Origin: Christensenellaceae bacterium
GTDB taxonomy: Bacteria > Bacillota > Clostridia > Christensenellales > CAG-138
NCBI GenBank assembly: GCA_031261085.1
Contig: JAISKB010000015.1
Location: 62-64,061 of the forward strand
DNA: 64,000 nucleotides
Direction: 5' to 3'
Both the position numbers and the translations under genes were made by a program. Below are positions 36,101 through 44,382 of the stretch, piece by piece (positions within the stretch are counted from its first letter, which is position 1; each line of letters opens with the position of its first letter). The notes below the pieces were generated by a model. The model was given only the letters and a program-made list of their open reading frames with translations. It was not told the DNA's origin and made no database searches.

Positions 36101-36817
36101 CTATGTGCGCAGCAAATCCGCAAGCTGCGCGGCTTCCTCGGCGGTGATATGCCGCCATTTGCCCGGTTCCAGCGCGCCCAAATCCAGCGGGCCGATGCGG
36201 ATGCGGCGCAGCATGAGCGTTTCGTGCCCCACCGCTGTGAGCATACGCCGCACCTGGCGGGTGCGCCCCTCATGTATGGTGATGTTGCAGGCCGTGTTCC
36301 CGTTTTTTAAATGCAATACCTCCTCCACCCGTGCCGGGGAGGTCATGCCATCCTCCAAAAGCACGCCTTGCTGCAGCATATGCCGCTCGGCCTGCGTCAG
36401 CTCTCCCTCGCATATGGCGGAATAGGTTTTGTCGAGCTTAAATTTTGGGTGTGTCATACGGTAGGCCAAGGCGCCGTCGTTGGTCATAACGATAAGGCCC
36501 TCGGAATCGAAATCCAAGCGCCCCACGCTATAAAGCCGGGCGGGTATGCCCTCGATATATTCCATAATCGTCGCGCGGCCCTGCGGGTCGCTGGCGGTGC
36601 ACATCACACCGCGCGGCTTATGGAGCAGTACCACCACGCGTTCGCCCGCGGGCCGCACCTCTTCGCCATCCAGCTCCACGCGGTCGGCATCCGGCTCCAC
36701 CACACAGCCCAGCGCAGCGACTTCACCGTTCACCGTCACGCGGCTCGCCAATATAATCTCCTCGCACTTGCGCCGGGAAGCGATCCCCGCATCCGCCAAA
36801 TATTTTTGCAGCCGCAA
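36101..36817 (-). CDS. rluB: Pseudouridine synthase, RsuA/RluB family
   Basis: S4 domain RLQKYLADAGIASRRKCEEII and catalytic GRLDFDSEGL. The likely start is TTG 36817, after AAGGAAGG. The ORF-track extension to 36919 overlaps the upstream gene. Confidence 0.88.
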   Translation of the reverse strand: MRLQKYLADAGIASRRKCEEIILASRVTVNGEVAALGCVVEPDADRVELDGEEVRPAGERVVVLLHKPRGVMCTASDPQGRATIMEYIEGIPARLYSVGRLDFDSEGLIVMTNDGALAYRMTHPKFKLDKTYSAICEGELTQAERHMLQQGVLLEDGMTSPARVEEVLHLKNGNTACNITIHEGRTRQVRRMLTAVGHETLMLRRIRIGPLDLGALEPGKWRHITAEEAAQLADLLRT

Positions 36818-36839
36818 TGTAGCCGCCTTCCTTAGGCAG

Positions 36840-37964
36840 CTATGCGATATGCTTTGCCGCCTTTTTAAAGTAGTAGAACCAGGAAGCCGCATCCACCGCG
36901 CTGCCCGCCGTGAGCTCAAAGCGGGTTAAAAGTCGGCCTTCGTCACCCAGCACCTCGACATACCCGCAGGCTTGCCCCGCCTGCACCGGCGCCCGTATCA
37001 CATCGGCCACCACAACGCGGGTGCGGTATTGCGCGCGGTTCCCTCTTTCCACGGGTACCATTATATCCTGCCCGGCCACAAGTTCCAAGCTGTTTTTCAT
37101 GCCGCCCCGCACCTGCGCTACGGCTACCCTATCCCCGGCCCGCACCAGAGGAGCCAGCTCATAGTTGTCCATGCCAAAATCCAGCATCTGCGCCGCATCC
37201 TCGAACATACTGGGGCAGTTGAGCACCACGCCCACCAGCTGCATACCGTCGCGCCGGGCCGCGAACACCAAACAGCGCCCAGCCGCTTTGGTGTAGCCGG
37301 TCTTTATGCCGTTGCCGCCCTCGTAGTTCCACAAAATCTTATTTTTATTTTTAAACGTGCGCGGCACCGCTCCCGTTTGGGCGCGATAATACTGCGCGGA
37401 TACGATTTCCCGAAAGGTTTCATTCTTCATAGCCTCGGCGGCGATGAGCGCCAAATCGTAGGCGGTGGTGTAGTGGTCATCATTCGGCAGGCCGTTGGGC
37501 GTTACAAAATTGGTGTTCACCGCGCCTATCCGCTTCGCGCGGGCGTTCATCATCTCGGCAAACCGCTCCACCCCCTGGCCTATATGCACGGCGATGGCCA
37601 CGGCGGCATCGTTGCCCGAGGCGAGCATCAGCCCATACAGCAAGTCCCGCAGGCTTAGCTCCTCCTGCAGCTTTAAATAGATGCTGGAGCCTTCTACGCC
37701 ATAGGCCGAGGCATCCGTGGAGACGATTTCATCCAAATCGCCCAGCTCGATGGCCAGCAGCGCGGTCATCACCTTGGTGGTGCTGGCCATGGGCAGCTTT
37801 TGCGCCGCGTTTTTTTCAAACAACACCTTGCCCGTGCCCGCCTCCAGCAGCACGGCGCCCGCCGCGCTTACCTTGGGTCCCGTGAGCGCTAGCGCGGGGG
37901 GCGTTAACGTATAGAGCAGCAGCACGCAGAGGAGCGCCGCCGCCCATCCCTTGGCGCGCCGCAT
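36840..37964 (-). CDS. D-alanyl-D-alanine carboxypeptidase (peptidase S11, DacB/DacF-like)
   Basis: Signal peptide, with all three motifs intact: ASTTK (SxxK), SGND (SxN) and KTG. Confidence 0.9.
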   Translation of the reverse strand: MRRAKGWAAALLCVLLLYTLTPPALALTGPKVSAAGAVLLEAGTGKVLFEKNAAQKLPMASTTKVMTALLAIELGDLDEIVSTDASAYGVEGSSIYLKLQEELSLRDLLYGLMLASGNDAAVAIAVHIGQGVERFAEMMNARAKRIGAVNTNFVTPNGLPNDDHYTTAYDLALIAAEAMKNETFREIVSAQYYRAQTGAVPRTFKNKNKILWNYEGGNGIKTGYTKAAGRCLVFAARRDGMQLVGVVLNCPSMFEDAAQMLDFGMDNYELAPLVRAGDRVAVAQVRGGMKNSLELVAGQDIMVPVERGNRAQYRTRVVVADVIRAPVQAGQACGYVEVLGDEGRLLTRFELTAGSAVDAASWFYYFKKAAKHIA

Positions 37965-37967
37965 GCT

Positions 37968-38420
37968 TTATTCCCCTGCGGGCTGTTCGCCGCTATCGCA
38001 TTTATGCGCTTTGCAGCAGATGTTTTTGACCGCCTGCTCGATGGTGGCGATGGATTCGGGTATCATCTCTATGGCGCGGTCTATCGTGTTGTTGCAGGTG
38101 GCGGGCAGCACCTTCACCGCGCCGCCGCTCACGCACAGGAACGCCAGCGGCGTAAGCGTCATGCCGGCCACCGAGGTGCCCGCAAACGGGTAGGAGCCTT
38201 CGCCCTGCCCATCGGCCTCCATGCCGCTGCGCTTGATGGGCGCCTGCGCGCGGCAATATTCGCCGCCGCCGGAAAAGAAGCCCATGCTCACCTTGGAAAC
38301 CGGCAATATCATGGTTTCATTGCCGGTTAAAATCGGCGTGCCGACTATCGTGTTCACATCCACCATCTCCTTGAGCTGCTCCATGGTGGTCTTCATGATG
38401 TTTTCGATCGGGTGTGCCAT
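37968..38420 (-). CDS. ytfJ: Sporulation protein YtfJ (GerW family)
   Basis: IENIMKTTMEQLKEMVDVNTIVGTPI...ILPVSKVSMGFFSGGGEY. Confidence 0.85.
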   Translation of the reverse strand: MAHPIENIMKTTMEQLKEMVDVNTIVGTPILTGNETMILPVSKVSMGFFSGGGEYCRAQAPIKRSGMEADGQGEGSYPFAGTSVAGMTLTPLAFLCVSGGAVKVLPATCNNTIDRAIEMIPESIATIEQAVKNICCKAHKCDSGEQPAGE

Positions 38421-39010
38421 TGCGTATTACCTCTTATGCTATGGATTCGCCGCTTTAAGGCGGTGGCTGTAAGCCGAAAATACCACCGTAAGGCAACAGC
38501 TATAATCTGCCACGGACGAATCGTAACCATGCCTGCCATATTTAGGCAAAATACCCGCGCGCCGGGCATTGGCAAAATTTGTATATGAACTTGCCCGGCA
38601 CTTACAAAAACGTGCAGCGCCATCTCGATTAAAATGCTGAGCGCGCCCGCCATGGCAATCGCAGAGCAGGCGTCCCTTTGGCTGCCCACCACCCCCCGCA
38701 CGCGCAACGCCCCCGGTTGCAGCCACGCGCCGCGCCGCAAAATCAGCTCCCGCAGCAGCGCGCCCGCATCGCTTGGCTTCGCCTGCCTGCGCAAGGGCAC
38801 GCGCTTGCCGCCCCAATAGGCCTCCAGCGGGCTGAACAGCAGCCTGCCCCGCACCGGGGGAATGCGCAACAGGCCAAATAACAGGGCAAACGCAAGCTCC
38901 GCCGTGGCATGCTCCCGCGTAAAGGTGAGTGAATACCGCAATGTGACCCTGTGCAAAAGCCCCGCTATAACAGCGGCCGCAACCGCCGCGATGATAAAAA
39001 AATAGGCCAT
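38393..39010 (-). CDS. DUF2953 / YtfI-like sporulation-associated membrane protein
   Basis: N-terminal TM helix, Arg-rich, located upstream of ytfJ as ytfI-ytfJ is in Bacillus. ATG 39010 follows GGAGGG. Confidence 0.55.
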   Translation of the reverse strand: MAYFFIIAAVAAAVIAGLLHRVTLRYSLTFTREHATAELAFALLFGLLRIPPVRGRLLFSPLEAYWGGKRVPLRRQAKPSDAGALLRELILRRGAWLQPGALRVRGVVGSQRDACSAIAMAGALSILIEMALHVFVSAGQVHIQILPMPGARVFCLNMAGMVTIRPWQIIAVALRWYFRLTATALKRRIHSIRGNTQWHTRSKTS

Positions 39011-39058
39011 AGTCCCTCCGGCTATGCCCTTAGTGTTGCACAAAAATTGGAAATTATG

Positions 39059-39652
39059 TCAGCCTTCTTCAAGCGCCTCGCTTGCCGCCGCGCCCTGCAG
39101 TCCTTGCTGCGGTTCCTCGGCCAATGCTTCGGCCGTGGCCGCTAGGAAGCTATCGTAGCTGGGCAGCTCCGCCAGCGAATGCAGGCCAAACTGGCGCAAA
39201 AAAGCATCGGTCGTGCCAAACAACATGGGGCGGCCCACGGCATCCTTGCGGCCCAGCTCACATACCAGCCCCAGCTTTAGCAGCTCGTGTACGGAATAAT
39301 CGCACCGCACGCCGCGTATGGCCTCAATATCGCTGCGGGTGACCGGCTGCTTATATGCCACGACGGAGAGCGTTTCGAGCATCGCCTGCGAAAAGCTTTT
39401 GGTCTGCGCAGGCTGCAAAAGCTGCTCCACATAGCCCGCATAGGCGCGGTTGGAAACCAACTGCACGGCATCGCCGGTGATATACAGCTGCACGCCGCGC
39501 TGTTCCTCGCGGTATAGCGCCTCCATATCCCTTAGGAGCGCCTGCAGCTCAATGGCCGTCATACCCAGCGCGCCCTGGAGCGATTCCAGCTCCACCGGCT
39601 CGCCGGATACAAACAATATGCATTCTATCGCGCCAAAGCGTTCATCCCGCAC
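39059..39652 (-). CDS. scpB: Segregation and condensation protein B
   Basis: IECILFVSGEPV... and VAYKQPVTRSDIEAIRGV.... Confidence 0.9.
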   Translation of the reverse strand: MRDERFGAIECILFVSGEPVELESLQGALGMTAIELQALLRDMEALYREEQRGVQLYITGDAVQLVSNRAYAGYVEQLLQPAQTKSFSQAMLETLSVVAYKQPVTRSDIEAIRGVRCDYSVHELLKLGLVCELGRKDAVGRPMLFGTTDAFLRQFGLHSLAELPSYDSFLAATAEALAEEPQQGLQGAAASEALEEG

Positions 39653-39663
39653 AGGCTACCCCC

Positions 39664-40425
39664 TCATAATTCATCCATATATTCAGCGTCCGCGTCATCC
39701 TCGTTCAGTTCCCCCGCCCGCACTTCTATCGGGTCGTAGGGGTTGCTTTGCCGCAAATGCACCTCGCCCCGCATCAGCATGTCGAGCAGCGCCATAAACG
39801 TGACGATCATCTCCATTTTGGAGGCGTCCGCCTCAAACAGCTCGGTGAACAGCATGTTCTCCCTTTGGCGGAGCAGGTCGCGTATTTTGCCCAGCTGCGA
39901 ACGCACCGTATACCGGTCCGCCGATACCTCCTGCAGGTTTACCGCGTGCGATCGCTCCTCTTGCCTTTTGTTGAGCAGCTCGAAAAACGCCTCAAACAGG
40001 CCCTGCGGCGAGCTCTCCTCCCATATAATCTCCTGCGGGGGGAGCGCAAATTCTTCGGGGAGCCGCGCAAACGCGCCCTGCGTACCTTCTTTGAGCGCAT
40101 ACAGGTGCCGTCCCGCCTCCTTTATGGCCTTATACTCGCGCAGCTGGCGTATAAGCGCCTCGGCAGGGTCCTCTTCAAAATCCTCTTCCTTGGGAGGGCG
40201 GGGCAAAAGCGCGCGGGATTTGATATATACCAGCGTTGCCGCCATGGTGAGGAACTCGCTGGCGGTATCCATATCCATCGCGTCCACCTCCCGCATAAAG
40301 GCAAGGTATTGCGTGGTGATTTCGGAGATGAATATATCTTGAATATCCACCTCGGCCTGCTCTATAAGATGCAGCAGCAAATCGAGCGGGCCGTCGAATT
40401 GCCGCAGATGTACCTCGTATGCCAT
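39664..40425 (-). CDS. scpA: Segregation and condensation protein A
   Basis: FDGPLDLLLHLIEQAEVDIQDIFISEIT at the N-terminus. Confidence 0.9.
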   Translation of the reverse strand: MAYEVHLRQFDGPLDLLLHLIEQAEVDIQDIFISEITTQYLAFMREVDAMDMDTASEFLTMAATLVYIKSRALLPRPPKEEDFEEDPAEALIRQLREYKAIKEAGRHLYALKEGTQGAFARLPEEFALPPQEIIWEESSPQGLFEAFFELLNKRQEERSHAVNLQEVSADRYTVRSQLGKIRDLLRQRENMLFTELFEADASKMEMIVTFMALLDMLMRGEVHLRQSNPYDPIEVRAGELNEDDADAEYMDEL

Positions 40426-40426
40426 G

Positions 40427-41065
40427 CTATAGTAACAATCCCCAAAACGCCATGATGCCGCGCAAAAGCGCGCCGGTAACGGGCAAGGTTATATTGGATA
40501 TGGCGCCGGTGAGCACCAAAGCATATAGTATATATGCGCCATATTGGCCGAGGAAAGAAAATATCTTAAAGCTGGTTTTCCCGCGCAAAAACAGACATTC
40601 CGCCACATGGTACCCATCCAGCGGCGGCAGGGGGAGCAGGTTGAACACGCACAGCCCCAGGTTGATGGAGATAAAGTTAAATATAATTTGATATGCCGCC
40701 TCGTTTTGTATACCGCTCCCGGCGAACAAAAAGAACACGCCCGCGCTCACGAACGCGAGCAGCAGGTTGGTGACAACGCCGGCCACCGATACGATGAGCT
40801 CATCGCGCCGGGGGTGGTGAAAAAACCGCGTGTTGATGGGCACCGGCTTGGCCCAGCCAAAGCCCAACAGCAGCAGCGAAAGCAGGCCGATAGGATCTAT
40901 GTGCGGGATGGGGTTGATCGTAAGGCGGCCGAAGTTGCGCGCGGTAGGGTCACCCAGGCGAAACGCCGCAAAGGCGTGCGCCCATTCGTGCATAGACAGC
41001 GCAAACAGGATGGCCGGCACGCGGTATACGATCTGCATCGGATCGGAAAAAATACTCCAGAGCAA
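40427..41065 (-). CDS. Site-2 protease family protein (peptidase M50)
   Basis: HEWAH zinc motif in the first TM region, a multi-TM protein, and NLLPLPPLDG. TTG start after GAAGGAGGA. Confidence 0.85.
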   Translation of the reverse strand: MLWSIFSDPMQIVYRVPAILFALSMHEWAHAFAAFRLGDPTARNFGRLTINPIPHIDPIGLLSLLLLGFGWAKPVPINTRFFHHPRRDELIVSVAGVVTNLLLAFVSAGVFFLFAGSGIQNEAAYQIIFNFISINLGLCVFNLLPLPPLDGYHVAECLFLRGKTSFKIFSFLGQYGAYILYALVLTGAISNITLPVTGALLRGIMAFWGLLL

Positions 41066-41180
41066 AGGTATCCTCCTTCATAAAAACGGCAAAAGTAACA
41101 CGCTAACCGCAGCTTGCCGCGCTTGCCCATGGCGGGCTTGTCCTACGCGGGCAATGTGCGCAAAGGCCAACGAATGATTT

Positions 41181-41210
41181 ATTATACGCTATGGGCGGCG
41201 CGCTTTGCAA
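41181..41210 (-). promoter_or_regulatory. Sigma-A type promoter upstream of the M50 protease / scpAB block
   Basis: The minus strand has TTGCAA, an 18-nt spacer, then TATAAT. Confidence 0.6.
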
Positions 41211-41215
41211 GCCAC

Positions 41216-42367
41216 TTACCCATGCACCCAATCGATGAGCGCGAGCGCGACAAAATCAAACAGCCCGGCGGCGGGCATATCCTGCGCGGGCACCAGCTGG
41301 AGCGTGGCCAAAATCGCACCCCGGCTATCCAAAAACCGCGCCTCGCCCACCGGCACGTTGGCCAGCAGCGGCGCGCGCAGCGTTTCCTCATAGGTTAGCT
41401 CGGTATCGTAGCTTTCGCCGTGCGGCAGCAGCAGCACAATATCCTGCGCGGCCAGCAGCGCCACGGTATTTTGCCTTGCGCCCCGCACCGGCAGGCCTTC
41501 CGCCAGCACATCCCCCGCCTTGGCCGCCCTCCGCACGTCAAACGCCGTAAAGCCATAATCCAGCGCGTTTTTTGCCGCTTTAAAGCGGGCGTTGGAATCG
41601 GGCGCGCCTATAACCGCGCAAACATACCCCACGCCGTTTCGGTTGACCGAAAACACGCCGCAATACCCGGCCTCCTGAGAGGAGCCCGTGGCCACGCCGC
41701 CGCAGCCTACATAGCTTTTGAGCAGCTTGTTGGCGTTGGCCAGCTGCGTAACCCGGCCGCCCTCATGGGTAATCTCCTCGTAGTATAGGTTGGAATACGC
41801 CAAAAATGTGGGGCTTTGCATCAACGCGCCGCCCAGGCGCACCAAATCCTCGGCCGAAAGCCGCACCTCCGCCCCCAACAGGCCGGTATACCCCGCCTCG
41901 ATGCCCAGCTGCGCAAGCCTTGCCTGCATCTGCTGCAAGCAGGCCGCCGCCGAGCCGTAAGCCGCCTCTGAAAGCGCATGTATGGCATCACCGGCGCAAA
42001 TCATCACCGCCGCCTTCATAAGCGCCGACGCCTCTATCCTTTCATACGCCGCCAAAAACGCGCTGGGCCCTTTTATCGCGGCCGCTTCCTCGCTGACCGT
42101 GATGGTTTGCGTAAGGGTAAGCTTGCCCTGATCTACCCCCTCGCACACCGCCAACAGCGCGGGCAGCCGCGTAAGCCCACCCACCGGCAGCTTTTCCTCC
42201 GCGTGATACGAAAACGCGGGCGCGCCCCCGCTGGTTTCACACAACAGTGACGCCTTGGCGCCCGCCACATCCACCGCGGGCGCCGCCGCCCCGGCCAGCG
42301 CAATCTGCGTTGGCAGCAGCAAGGGGCAAACCAGCAATAGGATACTTTGCAGCAGCGTTTTGCGCAT
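41216..42367 (-). CDS. PBP5/DacF-like protein with degenerate active site (predicted non-catalytic)
   Basis: Signal peptide, alignable by eye to the S11 enzyme at 36840-37964. However, ASTTK is GGLTR, SGND is AGD and KTG is ATG. Confidence 0.8.
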   Translation of the reverse strand: MRKTLLQSILLLVCPLLLPTQIALAGAAAPAVDVAGAKASLLCETSGGAPAFSYHAEEKLPVGGLTRLPALLAVCEGVDQGKLTLTQTITVSEEAAAIKGPSAFLAAYERIEASALMKAAVMICAGDAIHALSEAAYGSAAACLQQMQARLAQLGIEAGYTGLLGAEVRLSAEDLVRLGGALMQSPTFLAYSNLYYEEITHEGGRVTQLANANKLLKSYVGCGGVATGSSQEAGYCGVFSVNRNGVGYVCAVIGAPDSNARFKAAKNALDYGFTAFDVRRAAKAGDVLAEGLPVRGARQNTVALLAAQDIVLLLPHGESYDTELTYEETLRAPLLANVPVGEARFLDSRGAILATLQLVPAQDMPAAGLFDFVALALIDWVHG

Positions 42368-42418
42368 AAAAAAACCTCCCGCATGGTTAGATGGTTTATA
42401 TCTATTACACGCGGGAGG
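42368..42418 (-). terminator. Hairpin plus T7 after deoB; its 3' arm is the Shine-Dalgarno sequence of the next gene
   Basis: The minus strand reads CCTCCCGC-(28-nt loop)-GCGGGAGG-TTTTTTT-ATG. Confidence 0.55.
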
Positions 42419-42440
42419 GTTTCATACGAAACTGCGCAAT

Positions 42441-43625
42441 TTATTGCGGCTGTATGCCCAGCTTTGACAAGAAGGAATCGCCCACGCGCCATGCCCGGCC
42501 CGTGATATAGTCGAACACCGTGCTGCCCAGGTCGGCAAATGTGGGCAGCGTGCCCAAGGCCACCGCCGCCCGCATACCCTTATACCAGGCGAGTACGGGT
42601 ATATATTCGCGGGTGTGGTCGGTGCCCGGCCAGGTCGGGTCACAACCGTGATCCGCCGTGAGCAGCAGCAGATCGCCCTCCCGCATCGCTTCTTTTATTT
42701 CGGCAAGGCGGGTGTCAAAGTATTCCAGCGCGGCGCCATAGCCCTCCACATCGTTGCGGTGGCCGTAGAGCATGTCGAAATCGACCAGATTGGTGAATAT
42801 GAAATCGCCCGTGCCCTCCCGAATAAAACGCAGTGTGGTCTCGATGCCCTCGCGGTTGTTTTTGGCGTGGTCGGATATGCTTATGCCCCGGCGGAAGAAA
42901 ATATCCTCGATTTTGCCTACCGCCACCGTCTCATAGCCCTCCGCGGTCAGGCCGTCGAGTATAGTATCCTCGATGGGCGGTATGGCGAAATCCCGCCGGT
43001 TTTCGGTGCGGGTGTAGCTGCCATTGGCCCCTACAAAGGGGCGCGCAATCACGCGGCCCACCAAGTCCTCCCCCACCAATTGCGCCCGCGCGGCCTCGCA
43101 GATGGCGTAAAGCTCGCTGAGCGGGATTACGTCTTCGTGCGCCGCCACCTGAAACACGCTGTCCGCCGAGGTATATACGATGGGCTTACCCGTGGCAACA
43201 TGTTCATCGCCCAGCCGTTGTATAATCTCGGTGCCCGAAGCCACGCAGTTGCCCAGCGTGCCCCGGCCTGTGCGCCGTTCAAATTCATTTATAATGCGCG
43301 GCGGGAAGCCCTGTGGGTAGGTTTTAAACGGCTCCTGCATGATAATGCCCCCCATTTCCCAATGGCCGCAGGTGGTATCCTTGGCATGCGTTTTTTCGGC
43401 CGCCCTGCCATAGGCGCCGGCTATCGCCCCGTCATAGGCGGGCAGCCCGCTCCCCTCTATTGCGGCAAGCCCCAACGCATAAAGGTTGGGTACCTGCAGC
43501 TTATTGCGCGCTTGATAAATATGTCCAAACGTGTTTGCGCCCGCATCGCCAAAGTCCGCCGCATCCGGTAAACTGCCGATACCAGCGCTATCCAGTACAA
43601 TCAATATCGCTCGTCGTTTTGTCAT
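42441..43625 (-). CDS. deoB: Phosphopentomutase
   Basis: LIVLDSAGIG...GANTFGHI... and LTADHGCDPT. Confidence 0.93.
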   Translation of the reverse strand: MTKRRAILIVLDSAGIGSLPDAADFGDAGANTFGHIYQARNKLQVPNLYALGLAAIEGSGLPAYDGAIAGAYGRAAEKTHAKDTTCGHWEMGGIIMQEPFKTYPQGFPPRIINEFERRTGRGTLGNCVASGTEIIQRLGDEHVATGKPIVYTSADSVFQVAAHEDVIPLSELYAICEAARAQLVGEDLVGRVIARPFVGANGSYTRTENRRDFAIPPIEDTILDGLTAEGYETVAVGKIEDIFFRRGISISDHAKNNREGIETTLRFIREGTGDFIFTNLVDFDMLYGHRNDVEGYGAALEYFDTRLAEIKEAMREGDLLLLTADHGCDPTWPGTDHTREYIPVLAWYKGMRAAVALGTLPTFADLGSTVFDYITGRAWRVGDSFLSKLGIQPQ

Positions 43626-43687
43626 AGCTCCTCCTCTTTCTTTCGTTGTTGCCGCATATAAATTTTAGCACTTTCGCGCGGCCTCCG

Positions 43688-44287
43688 TCAACCGGGCAGT
43701 ATCCACCGCGCCAGCCCCGCCCCCGCGCCCTCCAGCGCAATGCCAACCGCCAGCAGGGATAGCGCGTGCACCTGCAGGCTATCGGCCGGTTCCCCCTTGC
43801 GCAGGCAATAGCCGCCAATCAGCCGCAGGCCAAACGCGGCCATGGCGCACATAGCAGGCAATGTAACCAGGGGCAAGCTCATCACCAGCCCCACGCCGCC
43901 CAGCACGGCATATAGCTGCGCCGCGCTCAGCCCCATAAAAAAGCCCTTTAGCGCGATGGGCAGCCCGCACAGCGGCGCGAGCGGCGCAAACAGGCGGGAC
44001 AAGCCTGCGATGCACAGCAAACAAAGGTTCCATGCCGCCGCATGCAGTATGGCCGGGAACAGCCTATAGGGCTGGTCGGCCTGCAGCGCGCCCAGGGCGC
44101 GGCCGATATGCGCCTCCATGCCCGGCACGCCGGATGCCGCGATGGAGATGCCCGCCGCTATGCCGAGTATGGCCCAAAACAAGCTGATCAGGCATAGATA
44201 TGGGTGCTGTGCCAGCAGCGCCGGCGCCGCGTTTTGCTTGGCCATATTTTGCTTGGCCATATTTTGCCTAAAGGAAAGCGTACGCAT
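43688..44287 (-). CDS. spoIIM: Stage II sporulation protein M
   Basis: Multi-TM protein with a SpoIIM-like hydrophobic profile, adjacent to spo0A. The start is uncertain (the ORF extends to 44341). Confidence 0.65.
   Translation of the reverse strand: MRTLSFRQNMAKQNMAKQNAAPALLAQHPYLCLISLFWAILGIAAGISIAASGVPGMEAHIGRALGALQADQPYRLFPAILHAAAWNLCLLCIAGLSRLFAPLAPLCGLPIALKGFFMGLSAAQLYAVLGGVGLVMSLPLVTLPAMCAMAAFGLRLIGGYCLRKGEPADSLQVHALSLLAVGIALEGAGAGLARWILPG
44232..44267. repeat. 15-bp in-frame tandem duplication (2.4 copies) in the spoIIM 5' region
   Basis: TTTTGCTTGGCCATA occurs twice, followed by TTTTGCC. It encodes QNMAK-QNMAK-QN. Confidence 0.9.
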
Positions 44288-44382
44288 AAAAATAACCGCC
44301 CGCATAAGTATGATAACGATGTAGTACATACCTATGCCCATTTGGGCGGCTCTATGCTTGGTTACCCGTTGTGGCGCAGCCG

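Noticed and set aside
36818-36919. An upstream extension of the rluB ORF overlapping the end of the dacB-like gene.
   Set aside because: The conserved S4 domain begins right after TTG 36817, which has an AAGGAAGG SD. The extension is Arg/Ser-rich and overlaps the preceding gene by 80 nt.
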